DNA of 64,000 bases from a virus (taxonomy: Duplodnaviria > Heunggongvirae > Uroviricota > Caudoviricetes). This document shows, piece after piece, positions 10,227-19,495 of the stretch; position 1 is the first letter of the stretch; each line of letters starts with the position of its first letter. A program made the translations under genes and the position numbers. Location of the stretch: IMG/VR virus record IMGVR_UViG_3300043399_000371, positions 100,285 to 164,284 of that record; one strand, given 5' to 3'. The notes beneath the pieces are model-generated. The model saw only the letters and a program-made list of their open reading frames with translations. It did not search any database and was not told the DNA's origin.

Positions 10227-10886
10227 ATAATTATTTATAAAATTCACAGTTTTATGTAAATACTGTTCTTGTTGTTTGATGAAAAATTGTGGGTCTTCGT
10301 TCTCTACAGCAATAGCGACCACAATTTGTCCGATAGGTATTCCAGTCAGTTCTTCAAACATCACAGTATAAGTTGTACATTGCATAAAATAGTTTTCAAT
10401 GTATTCTTCTTTTTTTAACTTAGAAGAAGTTTTAAAATCAATAACAGATAGTACACCATCCCATTCAGCAATACAGTCAACTCTTCCAGCAACTCTAAGT
10501 TTTTTTGAATACAATGCTTGTTCAATATAATAAATGTTGTCAATACTAACATCAATCCTATCACGCATTTTCAAAAACAAAGATTTCGTATCTGGCATCA
10601 TAGATCTCATTTTCATATCTGTCAATTCATTCAACAGATACTTTTCACAAACACTATGTAATTTAGTGCCTCTTGTGGATGCCTTTGTTGAAATCTTGTT
10701 AGCCTCTTCTTCGCCAACACGCTTTCTCCACTCCAGAATAGCTTTTTTATTATATGTCGAAAGAACTGTGGTAACGGATGGATACTTTGTCCCATCCGGT
10801 GCAACATAAGTCCTTCCTGTTGGCAGAGTTACAGATTCCAAATCAAAGTTCAGAGCATCAACTTTCACATGATTAAATGTTTTCAT
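10197..10886 (-). CDS. PD-(D/E)XK-type exonuclease-like protein
   Basis: GRVDCIAEWDG...SVIDFKTS resembles a D...(D/E)xK nuclease core. Confidence 0.45.
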   Translation of the reverse strand: MKTFNHVKVDALNFDLESVTLPTGRTYVAPDGTKYPSVTTVLSTYNKKAILEWRKRVGEEEANKISTKASTRGTKLHSVCEKYLLNELTDMKMRSMMPDTKSLFLKMRDRIDVSIDNIYYIEQALYSKKLRVAGRVDCIAEWDGVLSVIDFKTSSKLKKEEYIENYFMQCTTYTVMFEELTGIPIGQIVVAIAVENEDPQFFIKQQEQYLHKTVNFINNYHLTNPSVGV

Positions 10887-11605
10887 TACGTAGTCTCAAT
10901 AGCAGTAATAATAGCTTTACACAATTCAGAACGAACAATATCGTCTCTGGTAAATTTAACTACAACAAAGTAGTCTGTTAGTTTTCCCATAAGTCTCATC
11001 AACCATTCATAACAACTTGTCTCGCGTTTACGGGCAAGATCGTTTTGTCTTGTATCACCACAAATGATAACTTGACAATTTTCACCTAGTCGAGTCAACA
11101 TAGATTCACACTCACTAGAATCCATGTTTTGAAATTCATCAACGATAACGATACAATTATCTAGAGTCAAACCACGAATATATGTTGTGGAGATGAATTG
11201 AATCATTCCTTTTTTGGTTAATGTTTCCCATGCAGTACCACTTTGACAAATCTGATCAACAATATTTTTGTATGGAATTGTATATACCAATTCTTTTTCT
11301 TCTAGTGTTCCGGGTAAAAAGCCTTGTGACCTAATATTAACAGCAGAACGAACAATTATGATTTTATCGACTTGTTTTGATAAGAGTTTTTCCAAAGCTA
11401 GGTATGTTGCAATATATGACTTGCCTGTTCCTGCTGTACCTTCGGCTACGATATTCAATCCTCTCATGAAAGAATCAATCATATCTGACTGACCTTGTGT
11501 CTTTGGCATAACCTTCAGTAAATGAAAATTGTCTATTTTTGGACGCACTCTCTTTGATCCTTTAATTGATTCTTCGTTTGTTATTAGTTGTAGTCTTTTT
11601 GCCAT
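10886..11605 (-). CDS. phoH: PhoH-like ATPase
   Basis: Walker A AEGTAGTGKSY and PhoH-family blocks (VIICGDTRQNDL). Confidence 0.85.
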   Translation of the reverse strand: MAKRLQLITNEESIKGSKRVRPKIDNFHLLKVMPKTQGQSDMIDSFMRGLNIVAEGTAGTGKSYIATYLALEKLLSKQVDKIIIVRSAVNIRSQGFLPGTLEEKELVYTIPYKNIVDQICQSGTAWETLTKKGMIQFISTTYIRGLTLDNCIVIVDEFQNMDSSECESMLTRLGENCQVIICGDTRQNDLARKRETSCYEWLMRLMGKLTDYFVVVKFTRDDIVRSELCKAIITAIETT

Positions 11606-11666
11606 TTGTTGCCCTATAAAAAGAAAATGGAATCCCTATAAAAGAATTCCATCTTTGAAAATAACC

Positions 11667-11987
11667 TTATCTATTTTTCCACTTGTCTCTATGTTTTTTC
11701 ACAATGTCTCTAGTCTTGATATCTTTAATAGATTTCTTACCATATCGTTTAGCTACTTCACTATCGGGATGTGCCTCTGCTACCTTTGATAGAACTTCTT
11801 TCCACGAATCATCTGTTTTGGATTGAACATCTCCTGTTCCTGAGATTATACCAAACGATGATGGTACTTGTCTAATGTGTGGATTTTTTTTCAGTAATTC
11901 TTCTTTGATTGAATTTGATATAAAGTCCTCAAACTCTTCACCAGTTTCTGTATTCAAAAATTTAAATGTTGGCATACTTTTTCTCAA
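11667..11987 (-). CDS. hypothetical protein
   Basis: 106-aa ORF. Confidence 0.45.
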   Translation of the reverse strand: MRKSMPTFKFLNTETGEEFEDFISNSIKEELLKKNPHIRQVPSSFGIISGTGDVQSKTDDSWKEVLSKVAEAHPDSEVAKRYGKKSIKDIKTRDIVKKHRDKWKNR

Positions 11988-12234
11988 AATATTTAATAAT
12001 GTCTTTTGGATTCATTAATTGGTAAGAATGAACTTCTTTACCAGTCTTAAAGGATTTAACAATACCTTTAGCTTTTGTTTTGATATTCCAAACATAATTA
12101 GATAGTCGATACATCTCAATATCGTTTCCAATTTTATGTTGAATATCACTAACTGTTATCGGGTTTCCATCAATCATAATGAGTAAAACTTTTTCGAATT
12201 TTTTTACTCTTTTAGCCTCACCGCGAACACCCAT
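11962..12234 (-). CDS. hypothetical protein
   Basis: 90-aa ORF. ATG lies 3 nt after the upstream stop. Confidence 0.45.
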   Translation of the reverse strand: MGVRGEAKRVKKFEKVLLIMIDGNPITVSDIQHKIGNDIEMYRLSNYVWNIKTKAKGIVKSFKTGKEVHSYQLMNPKDIIKYFEKKYANI

Positions 12235-12237
12235 CCA

Positions 12238-12405
12238 TTATCCTTTTAGTAATTGTTGTTGTGGTTCTTCTCTTAGATCTTCTTCGAACTGTTTCACCTT
12301 CAATTGATTAAGTTTTTTTAAAAGAATTTCTTTATCGGAAGTTGCTTGTTCAATTTCTTGTTCAAGCTTTTGAATTTGTCTTTCTAGAACGTCTTTATAA
12401 GTCAT
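12238..12405 (-). CDS. small coiled-coil protein (55 aa), not in ORF track
   Basis: Translates to MTYKDVLERQIQKLEQEIEQ... RBS gaaggaaatat-ATG. Confidence 0.4.
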   Translation of the reverse strand: MTYKDVLERQIQKLEQEIEQATSDKEILLKKLNQLKVKQFEEDLREEPQQQLLKG

Positions 12406-12553
12406 ATATTTCCTTCTCTTCTTGTTTCAAAAGTCTATAGTATGATTTGTCATGATGTTTTTGTTTCTTTTCGTTTTTTTCTTCTAGGTCTTCATGTCTA
12501 CGGAATTTAGTTTTTTTAAATTTTTCCTTTTTGTTGTTGCCGCCAATAAGCAT
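12395..12553 (-). CDS. small highly basic protein (52 aa), not in ORF track
   Basis: Strong RBS aaggagaaaaa-ATG. Translates to MLIGGNNKKEKFKKTKFRRHEDLEEK... Confidence 0.4.
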   Translation of the reverse strand: MLIGGNNKKEKFKKTKFRRHEDLEEKNEKKQKHHDKSYYRLLKQEEKEIYDL

Positions 12554-12562
12554 TTTTTCTCC

Positions 12563-13144
12563 TTACGAAATAATATCAGCTACACCATATTTAACAAGTT
12601 CGTCAGGTGTCATCCAAACATCAGATGGTGGAAGCAATTTAGCTTTTACTGTTTTTGGATCTAAACCAGTAACTTCTGTTAAAATATTAATCATCCTATT
12701 ATTGGTTAGTTCCATTTCTTTGATATGTGCTTCCATATCATGATGTTTGCCCCACATACCACCACTATATTGGTGGCACATGATACTTGTGTTCTTTGCA
12801 ATAATTCTTTGACCTTTTGAACCACAAGAAAAAATCAGAAATCCGGCTGAAATGATATTACCAATCCCAATGGTCCTGATGGGATAATTTGATTGACGCA
12901 TGATATCAATTAATGCAAATGCATCTGGAAGACTTCCCCCAATTGAATTAACATAGAGGGTTAACACTTTATCCTGTTCTGTGATTGTGTTTTCATAGAT
13001 AATCCATTTTATGGCACTTTCTACAGTATATTCATCAATAACACCATTCAAGAAAAAAATATGATTATTTAATAGACTAGTGTTTATCCGTTCAGTAGCA
13101 ATCATCATCTCTGATGCATCGATATCTTCCATTCTTTTACCCAT
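12563..13144 (-). CDS. clpP: ClpP-family serine peptidase (S14)
   Basis: Blocks GGSLPDAFALIDIM and IAKNTSIMCHQYSGG are ClpP-like. Position and fold argue against it being the gp21-type prohead protease. Confidence 0.7.
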   Translation of the reverse strand: MGKRMEDIDASEMMIATERINTSLLNNHIFFLNGVIDEYTVESAIKWIIYENTITEQDKVLTLYVNSIGGSLPDAFALIDIMRQSNYPIRTIGIGNIISAGFLIFSCGSKGQRIIAKNTSIMCHQYSGGMWGKHHDMEAHIKEMELTNNRMINILTEVTGLDPKTVKAKLLPPSDVWMTPDELVKYGVADIIS

Positions 13145-13182
13145 AAAATAGTTTTCCTTTTTTTATTTAGATTTTTTCATTT

Positions 13183-13935
13183 TTACTCACTCAATATGAT
13201 TCCGGGACCAATCTGAACATACTGATTCAACCAAGGATATACACCAGAATATTTCTCATAATTCTTTTGATTACCAATTTCAAAAAATTCTCTATTAACT
13301 GAATTAGGATTACCGTCAAGTCTATAACATAAACTGTAATCTGCTGAACAAGTGAAATGTGGGAAGTATTGCCTTAGTGCATAGAAAAATTGTCTATCGG
13401 CTCCCCATTGACCATACCATGCGTGTCCAATTTTTGTTGCAACCTCTATCTTTACCGCAAAGCTAGATGTGTCAATATGATAAACCTGATCATTTACATA
13501 GACGGGCCATTTACCCAGAGATTCGCAATTATCGTTACAGATGAAAGAACCGTCTTTATCATGAATTTTACGTAGAGAATACACCCAATCATAATTTTGT
13601 GATTGCATCTTTTCGACAAGTTTTTCAACATGATTGGGTTCAAACCAGTTGTCTTCGTCTAGATAACAGATTATATCAGCATTCACCAGAAATGAGCAAG
13701 CAGAATAAACACGATGCCCATACCAACCTTTTCCAACATTTTCTTGTAGTGAAATTGTTTTTATTTCTTTCTCACTACAGTTTTCATTAATTGTCAGATA
13801 AGAGTCGCCAAAGTATTGCTCACCATCAACAAACACATAATGAGTTAAATTTTCATATGTTTGTTTTTGAACACTTTGCAAACAATCTTTTAGAACTGGT
13901 GAACCGATTGTTGGTGTGATGACTGCAACTTTCAT
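13183..13935 (-). CDS. family-2 glycosyltransferase
   Basis: N-terminal VAVITPT...SVQKQTY. DxD motif YLDEDNWF. Confidence 0.65.
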   Translation of the reverse strand: MKVAVITPTIGSPVLKDCLQSVQKQTYENLTHYVFVDGEQYFGDSYLTINENCSEKEIKTISLQENVGKGWYGHRVYSACSFLVNADIICYLDEDNWFEPNHVEKLVEKMQSQNYDWVYSLRKIHDKDGSFICNDNCESLGKWPVYVNDQVYHIDTSSFAVKIEVATKIGHAWYGQWGADRQFFYALRQYFPHFTCSADYSLCYRLDGNPNSVNREFFEIGNQKNYEKYSGVYPWLNQYVQIGPGIILSE

Positions 13936-14360
13936 GATAGATCAAGACCGGGAAATGCTTCTTGAACAATTTTGGGTGTCAAATATTTAATGCCCAAATC
14001 CTTTTTGATAAGGTTAACTAGAATTTCTGCTTCGTCTTTATGAAGAGATTCTAGAACCACAACAAGAAGACTTTTCTTTTTTTCTGGTGTTAGATTTGTC
14101 CTATTTGGATGATCCTTGATAAACCTATAAAGTTTTGGGATCTCCATATCAAGATAAGTCCAGTTTAGTCCTGCGGGTTCTGGTGCTGGTCTATAAGCAG
14201 GGACATCCACATCAAACACAATTCCTTTTTTGTAAAGAAGTTGAAAGAATGTCCTGAAAATTGGATGATCATATTTTCTTAGAACTTGTATCTTGTCTTC
14301 TTTTGTATTTGCTTTTTGATATTCATCAAAAATTTCGGAATATAATTTTGCTGCACTCAT
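13932..14360 (-). CDS. hypothetical protein
   Basis: 142-aa ORF overlapping neighbours by 4 nt and 1 nt (operon coupling). Confidence 0.5.
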   Translation of the reverse strand: MSAAKLYSEIFDEYQKANTKEDKIQVLRKYDHPIFRTFFQLLYKKGIVFDVDVPAYRPAPEPAGLNWTYLDMEIPKLYRFIKDHPNRTNLTPEKKKSLLVVVLESLHKDEAEILVNLIKKDLGIKYLTPKIVQEAFPGLDLS

Positions 14361-15208
14361 TAGAACTCTCCAATAACTTCAATTAGGTTTTTTAGTCTGT
14401 ACTTGATCATATAATTCATGAAATGTGTTTTAGACTTGGTTTCATAGTTCTCATAAACATTAATGACCTTTTCTGACAACTCTTTTGGAATCATAGTCAG
14501 ATCAATCAACATCTGATTCCTATTAAAGTTGCGCTTCATGTAATCATCGCAAAAATCATCGGGTTTCTGATTTAACCAATTTGTGAGTTTGACCTCCATG
14601 ATTGGTTTTTGTCGTTTGCCCACAATAAAAACATCATCATCAGAAAGAATGTTTGGAATACCATCATTCTTATCACCACGAATAATGAGTTCTTTAAGTT
14701 GTTTCTCAGGAAAATTTTCCTTGAGTTCTTTCTTCATGATCGGTGAAAATTGGCTAACATTTTGGAACTTTTGCAATTGAGCAAAGTCCTTGTCAGATGA
14801 AAGAATCATGATGTTTTCAACCGTATGATACTTCTGTGCTAGAACAGAAATAATATCATCTGCCTCACAAGTATCAATCTCAATAACTTTGTAAGGTGAG
14901 TTCTCTTTTAGTTCTTCTTTAATTTTGTTTAGACAATCGAAAATCTTTGTCCAATCGTGACCAGAATTATCTCGATGCTTTTTTCGATTAGCTTTGTAAT
15001 GGGGGAAGATTTCTTTCCTCCAATAATGTCGGCTATCACAGGCAATTACAACATTACTACCATAACTTTCTTTATATTTTTTAACATATGTCCTGATCGT
15101 GTTTAGGATCATATGACGAACAAGATTCTCATCAACCTCTTCTTTGGTTGATCCAATCTGTTCCATAAGATTCGAAATGGCAACTTGGTTATAGTCAAAA
15201 ATAATCAT
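14360..15208 (-). CDS. rnh: RNase H / 5'-3' exonuclease (T4 rnh homolog)
   Basis: IFDYNQVAIS, VRHMILNTIR, EADDIISV and SSDKDFAQL align to T4 RNase H blocks (LIDFSQIALS, VRHLILNSIK, EADDHIAV, SSDGDFTQL). Confidence 0.85.
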   Translation of the reverse strand: MIIFDYNQVAISNLMEQIGSTKEEVDENLVRHMILNTIRTYVKKYKESYGSNVVIACDSRHYWRKEIFPHYKANRKKHRDNSGHDWTKIFDCLNKIKEELKENSPYKVIEIDTCEADDIISVLAQKYHTVENIMILSSDKDFAQLQKFQNVSQFSPIMKKELKENFPEKQLKELIIRGDKNDGIPNILSDDDVFIVGKRQKPIMEVKLTNWLNQKPDDFCDDYMKRNFNRNQMLIDLTMIPKELSEKVINVYENYETKSKTHFMNYMIKYRLKNLIEVIGEF

Positions 15209-15373
15209 TTAGTGTATCTCTTCATTTGTATTATATAATCCACCACTATACTTATGTGCGTAAATATCTATCAGTATACTTTCAAACTCATTTAATTCTT
15301 CTAATGTTGCTGCCTCAGGTGGAAGTTCTCCTGTGACAACTTTCCACACTCTATATCGATCTTCGTAATTCAT
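15209..15373 (-). CDS. small protein (54 aa), not in ORF track
   Basis: RBS aggaattttat-ATG. Stop TAA overlaps the rnh ATG (TAAATG). Confidence 0.4.
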   Translation of the reverse strand: MNYEDRYRVWKVVTGELPPEAATLEELNEFESILIDIYAHKYSGGLYNTNEEIH

Positions 15374-15382
15374 ATAAAATTC

Positions 15383-16450
15383 CTATTTGATAACACGTAG
15401 CAGAATCGTGTCAGAATTTAGACGACCAGTAAGTTTGCCTTCGACTGAGTTGATATTTTGTAGGGCAGTCCTGAGGTACACTTTACCACCTTTTATGACT
15501 TCTGGCAAGACTTTTTCTGGTTTCCTAAGAGTTTTCTGAACGGATTTGGTTTCGTCAAAATTAATTAGTGTAGATCCCTTCACAGATAGACCAGTAGCTT
15601 CAGAAGAAAAATACACACCAAGCTTCCTAGTCTTTGTATTGTATACCCATATCTGATTAGCCCCAATGATATCTTTCTTTGGAAATGATTTTAATGAAAG
15701 TTCTTCAAAGGATTCACAGATATTTAATGATGCAACAAGTTGTTCTGGTGTTTTTGTTTTCTTCTTTCTTGGCTTTCTTGTTTTACTGGAATCTTCAACA
15801 GTATTAGTGCATTCAATAATAATTGCATTGAAGAAAGAAACAATTTTCTTTAACTGTGTTTTTGTAAAATTCGAATATGCTTCTTGTATAAATTTATCAT
15901 TAGTTTCGATAACCTCAATGTACTCAAGTCTTTTTTTCTTAGCCCACTCCATAATATGTTTGGCGTGAAAGGCTTTTACCTTTTCATGAAAGACCATTTT
16001 GATCTGTGAGTAGTCTTTGAAATCCTCAATGTACTCATCAAATGCAAATTCAAGATCTCCAATAATTTCGGAAACTTTTTCGAAAAATATATCTGATCGA
16101 TCTTTTTTATTACTAATAGTTTTCTGAATAGTCTTTTTCATATGATGCCGTTCTTTGATTTCGGCAACACAAGAATCAAACCATTTTTGGTTCTCTTCTG
16201 GAATTTCACCACCGTTCATAATAATTCTACAAACAAACCCAAAGGTTGTTGTCTGATCTTTATATGAATCAGTTGTAAGTTCTAGTTTAAAATTTTTCTT
16301 GAAGTATGACTGAATGTATTTCTCAGAATCTTTATCTGTGCGATTCTGTGAGAACCAATTTAGAACACCAATCAATTGAAGCTTTGTTAGTGGTCCAGTA
16401 AGTTTTGGTTCTGGAGAAATAATGTCATATGCGTTTGTGTTTCTTGTCAT
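15383..16450 (-). CDS. hypothetical protein with basic linker (KTRKPRKKKTKTPEQ)
   Basis: 355-aa ORF. Confidence 0.5.
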   Translation of the reverse strand: MTRNTNAYDIISPEPKLTGPLTKLQLIGVLNWFSQNRTDKDSEKYIQSYFKKNFKLELTTDSYKDQTTTFGFVCRIIMNGGEIPEENQKWFDSCVAEIKERHHMKKTIQKTISNKKDRSDIFFEKVSEIIGDLEFAFDEYIEDFKDYSQIKMVFHEKVKAFHAKHIMEWAKKKRLEYIEVIETNDKFIQEAYSNFTKTQLKKIVSFFNAIIIECTNTVEDSSKTRKPRKKKTKTPEQLVASLNICESFEELSLKSFPKKDIIGANQIWVYNTKTRKLGVYFSSEATGLSVKGSTLINFDETKSVQKTLRKPEKVLPEVIKGGKVYLRTALQNINSVEGKLTGRLNSDTILLRVIK

Positions 16451-16508
16451 TTTTCATCCTCTTTTTTCATAATGCTACAATATGTAGATGAGAATGTCAA
16501 GATGTTGT

Positions 16509-16583
16509 TGGCACCCCCGGCAGGAATCGAACCCACATTCATGCTTTAGAAGAGCATTGTCTTATCCATTAGACGACGGAGGT
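16509..16583 (-). tRNA. tRNA-Arg(TCT)
   Basis: Hand-folded cloverleaf: acceptor ACCTCCG/CGGGGGT, D-arm GTCT/AGAC, anticodon stem ATGCT/AGCAT, loop CTTCTAA, T-loop TTCGATT. CCA is encoded. Confidence 0.75.
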
Positions 16584-16590
16584 AATTTGA

Positions 16591-16674
16591 TGGTGCCCAA
16601 GGAGGGAGTCGAACCCTCATACCTTTCGGTAGTGGATTTTGAGTCCACCGTGTATACCATTCCACCACTTGGGC
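16591..16674 (-). tRNA. tRNA-Leu(CAA), type II
   Basis: Acceptor GCCCAAG/CTTGGGC, anticodon loop CTCAAAA, long variable arm, T-arm AGGGTTCGACTCCCT. Confidence 0.7.
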
Positions 16675-16683
16675 TATTTATTT

Positions 16684-16759
16684 TGGTGCTGCCTCTAGGG
16701 ATCGAACCTAGTTCCACGATTCTTCAGACCGTTGCTATGACCACATCAGCTAAAGCAGC
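16684..16759 (-). tRNA. tRNA-Phe(GAA)
   Basis: Acceptor GCTGCTT/AGGCAGC, anticodon loop CTGAAGA, T-arm CTAGGTTCGATCCCTAG. Confidence 0.7.
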
Positions 16760-16802
16760 AATGTGTGTATATTACAGGAATACACCAACCTTGTCAATAC
16801 TT

Positions 16803-16876
16803 TGGTACTTCGTGACAGAATCGAACTGCCGTAACCGCCGTGTAAAGACGGAGTTCTACCATTGAACTAACGAAGC
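16803..16876 (-). tRNA. tRNA-Val(TAC)
   Basis: Acceptor GCTTCGT/ACGAAGT, anticodon stem CCGTC/GGCGG, loop TTTACAC, T-arm GGCAGTTCGATTCTGTC. Confidence 0.7.
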
Positions 16877-16877
16877 A

Positions 16878-17540
16878 TTATTCTTTCTTCTTTTTAATAT
16901 GCACATGAACACCATTAGCAGCAACGCCACTCAATTTTTTAACTTCAACTTCATGTCCATGCCTTCTAGCATAATCTTCAACGTAATCTTTTAATTCGTT
17001 ACCATCAAACCCTTTTTGGTATGATGTTTCTTCACCACCACCTTTTACTTTTCTCTTTACCCAGATAGATTTTGGTTCATCACCGGGAACTGAGTTTTTA
17101 GCAGCATCAATATCACCTTTCCATTTGCGTGTACCAATAATTGCATGACCACCATCTTTAACAGAATTAAAAATGGAATGCATTACGTGTTCGCGCACAT
17201 GAGGCTCAACTACATTCAATACATTATGACAAACAGCAGCGTGATAATGATTGCGTGGTATATCTTCTGATTTTGTATATTCAGGTGGTTCTTTTCTACC
17301 TTCTGGATTTGGCTCCATGTCATGAATTTCGTGAGTATTACCCTCACCAAGACCAGAATGTAAAGCTTTTCTTGTATGATCCAAACCAGCACCAATACTA
17401 ATAATTTTAGAATTTGGTTCTAGTTTATTTTTTAATATACGACCAGTTTTTTCGTAGGTTCCACCAGTAGTTGCTACTTGTGTTCTTCCTGTAGCATTTA
17501 CTCGTTCTTCTTCGAAAATGAATTTTTTGAATGATAACAT
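16878..17540 (-). CDS. capsid-targeting-sequence (CTS)-bearing protein with class-I SAM methyltransferase-like motif; candidate packaged internal protein
   Basis: N-terminus MLSFKKFIFEEE resembles the T4 internal-protein CTS (MKTYQEFIAE; gp21 cleaves after L/I-x-E). KIISIGAGLDHT matches MTase motif I. Confidence 0.5.
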   Translation of the reverse strand: MLSFKKFIFEEERVNATGRTQVATTGGTYEKTGRILKNKLEPNSKIISIGAGLDHTRKALHSGLGEGNTHEIHDMEPNPEGRKEPPEYTKSEDIPRNHYHAAVCHNVLNVVEPHVREHVMHSIFNSVKDGGHAIIGTRKWKGDIDAAKNSVPGDEPKSIWVKRKVKGGGEETSYQKGFDGNELKDYVEDYARRHGHEVEVKKLSGVAANGVHVHIKKKKE

Positions 17541-17577
17541 ATTAACTCCGATTGAATAGATTTAATATTTATCTATA

Positions 17578-17654
17578 TGGGGTGTTCAGTCGGATTCGAA
17601 CCGACAACCATCTGACTCACAATCAGAGACTTTGCCAATTAAGCTATGAACACC
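17578..17654 (-). tRNA. tRNA-His(GTG) with encoded G-1
   Basis: Anticodon stem TCTGA/TCAGA, loop TTGTGAG. 5' GGTGTTC pairs with GAACACC, giving an extra 5' G opposite the discriminator C as in tRNA-His. Confidence 0.75.
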
Positions 17655-17661
17655 ATAATTT

Positions 17662-17739
17662 TGGAGCGGGTAGGGAGATTCGAACTCCTCACTTGAGGTT
17701 TGGAAGACCGCCGTGCTAACCGTTAAACACTATACCCGC
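17662..17739 (-). tRNA. tRNA-Gly(TCC)
   Basis: Acceptor GCGGGTA/TACCCGC, anticodon loop CTTCCAA (one stem mismatch), T-loop TTCGAAT. Confidence 0.6.
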
Positions 17740-17747
17740 TAACTGTT

Positions 17748-19184
17748 TTAGATTACTTTGTATCGATCTTGCAAAACAGTTTTAAGCATGATCGACTCTG
17801 GTGTGAACTGTTCCAGATCAGCAGCAAGAACAGACTTCATAATTGCTGGTGAGAACCCAGAAACTAGTGCAGTCCCTTCCTTATCAAACTTCACAGGAAC
17901 ATTATCGTGTGCATTCAAGTTCCAGAACACAATTTTTGGAAGCTTATAACCAGCAGCTTCATATTGCTTCCGAATCATTTTGAATGCAGTATAGTCAGGA
18001 CGACAAGCAGCATCAAATTGCATATCGGAAAGGATTAGAAGAACCTCTGGCATTTCTTCTTGTGATACTTTACCCTTTGTTGCGGTTTTAAGAATCAACT
18101 TAAATGCTGCTTCAAGATCGGTATTCATTCCCCAATCAGAAGAAACCATCTGTTCAATTTTCTGATTGATGTTTCCTTTCAGATAAAGGAGTTCTGGATT
18201 TCCAGAGAAAGTCAAGAAAGCATCCTTGAACTTACCAACATTTTTATCTGCTAGGTAAAGTCCTAGAGAAACAGCAATTTCCATACAAGTAGTCTTAGAC
18301 TTACCAGCAGGACTATTCATAGAACCAGAAACATCAACAAGAGGAAGAATCTTAGCATCCCCAACATAGTTAGGTAGTGCTTCCCATTGTTTTTCAATGA
18401 GTTTTAGTTCTGTACCACTAAACTTAATATAGTGGCGAATACGACCCTTTAGAACATCGTGGGGGAAAATCGCACCAGCATTAACCTTCACAGTAGGATC
18501 ATCACCCTTAACAAGCTTATCGATATACTCTTGATACTTTGCTGGAGCATTACGATAGAAAGCTTTTTTGTATCGTGAAGATGCAACAGAAGGCACATGG
18601 CTGAAATTGATATCATCCCATTGTTTTGCACACATCTGAGTCTCAACAACCTTAGTTAGTTCGACTAGACGCTTACGATAAAACTTAGGTGTCCAACCAA
18701 GATGATTACGAAGTGCAACTGCGGCATCACCTTTACGTGGCATCCATTTAGCACATAGACCATCGTTGCTAGCAAGAGCGTCTTTAATCATGTTAAAGAC
18801 ATTTTCTTGGTTTTTATTCCAAGCATCACCAATTGCAAGAACATCATCCCAACGACCTAGTTCTGGTGCTTTCGATGCTAGAGCAAAAGCAGCAGCAGGA
18901 TCATGTTTATCAAGATGCTTTAGGATATCACGGTATATTTGACGTTCACCAGCACCACCACGAACATCACGTACCCAAGCAGCGATACGTAGAGCAAGAT
19001 CTTTGTCTTCCACATAAGCAGCAACGAAATCGGGAATGATGTCTTTTCCGCGTGAAGCACCTACTTTGAAGAATAGGTCAACACAGGCACTACCAGTACG
19101 TTTACGGGCTTTCATACCGTTAGTAGTAGTAGTTTTTTGGTTTTGGATTGCGTTTACAAAAGTAGTCATATTATTTCCTTTCAA
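17748..19184 (-). CDS. Ro60/TROVE-like protein with C-terminal vWA (MIDAS) domain
   Basis: 478 aa. MIDAS LPLVDVSGSM and downstream LLILSDMQ parallel human Ro60 (VDVSASM ... FIVFTDNE). Helical N-terminal region. Adjacent to tRNA genes. Confidence 0.6.
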   Translation of the reverse strand: MKGNNMTTFVNAIQNQKTTTTNGMKARKRTGSACVDLFFKVGASRGKDIIPDFVAAYVEDKDLALRIAAWVRDVRGGAGERQIYRDILKHLDKHDPAAAFALASKAPELGRWDDVLAIGDAWNKNQENVFNMIKDALASNDGLCAKWMPRKGDAAVALRNHLGWTPKFYRKRLVELTKVVETQMCAKQWDDINFSHVPSVASSRYKKAFYRNAPAKYQEYIDKLVKGDDPTVKVNAGAIFPHDVLKGRIRHYIKFSGTELKLIEKQWEALPNYVGDAKILPLVDVSGSMNSPAGKSKTTCMEIAVSLGLYLADKNVGKFKDAFLTFSGNPELLYLKGNINQKIEQMVSSDWGMNTDLEAAFKLILKTATKGKVSQEEMPEVLLILSDMQFDAACRPDYTAFKMIRKQYEAAGYKLPKIVFWNLNAHDNVPVKFDKEGTALVSGFSPAIMKSVLAADLEQFTPESIMLKTVLQDRYKVI

Positions 19185-19454
19185 TTCAACAGGTTAATTT
19201 TTAGTCAATGTATCAAATTGATTTTTCATAAGTTGCGGAACTTAACCTAAAATCAACAGAATAGCTTTTTTGCGTGGTTACAATTACAAGTTGTATGCAT
19301 TTTTGTTGCTGTAACTATTCTAAAAACAACGGGATAGTTGTTCTCATCTTTTTATCCTGCTTTACGAGTCTTCGCAGTTTGCCTGACACTATGTAATCAG
19401 GCTTCTCTTTTATTAGAGGTTGCTGTCACCTATCCCAAAACCTTTACTGCTCAA

Positions 19455-19495
19455 CATGGTGTAATTATGTCACACCACCAACAACTTGTCAAGCA
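19455..19495 (-). promoter_or_regulatory. sigma70-like early promoter (TTGACA-N17-CATAAT) driving a ~270-nt leader plus the Ro60-like gene
   Basis: Minus-sense gtgcTTGACAagttgttggtggtgtgaCATAAT. Lies inside the 3' end of the upstream ORF. Confidence 0.5.

Noticed and set aside
12563-13144. ClpP-like ORF as the prohead maturation protease
   Set aside because: T4-type prohead protease (gp21) belongs to a different fold. This ORF is in the early/replication block, not the head gene cluster. It is kept as an auxiliary ClpP-family peptidase.
16488-16865. Plus-strand 125-aa ORF 16488..16865
   Set aside because: It overlaps four minus-strand tRNA genes end to end.
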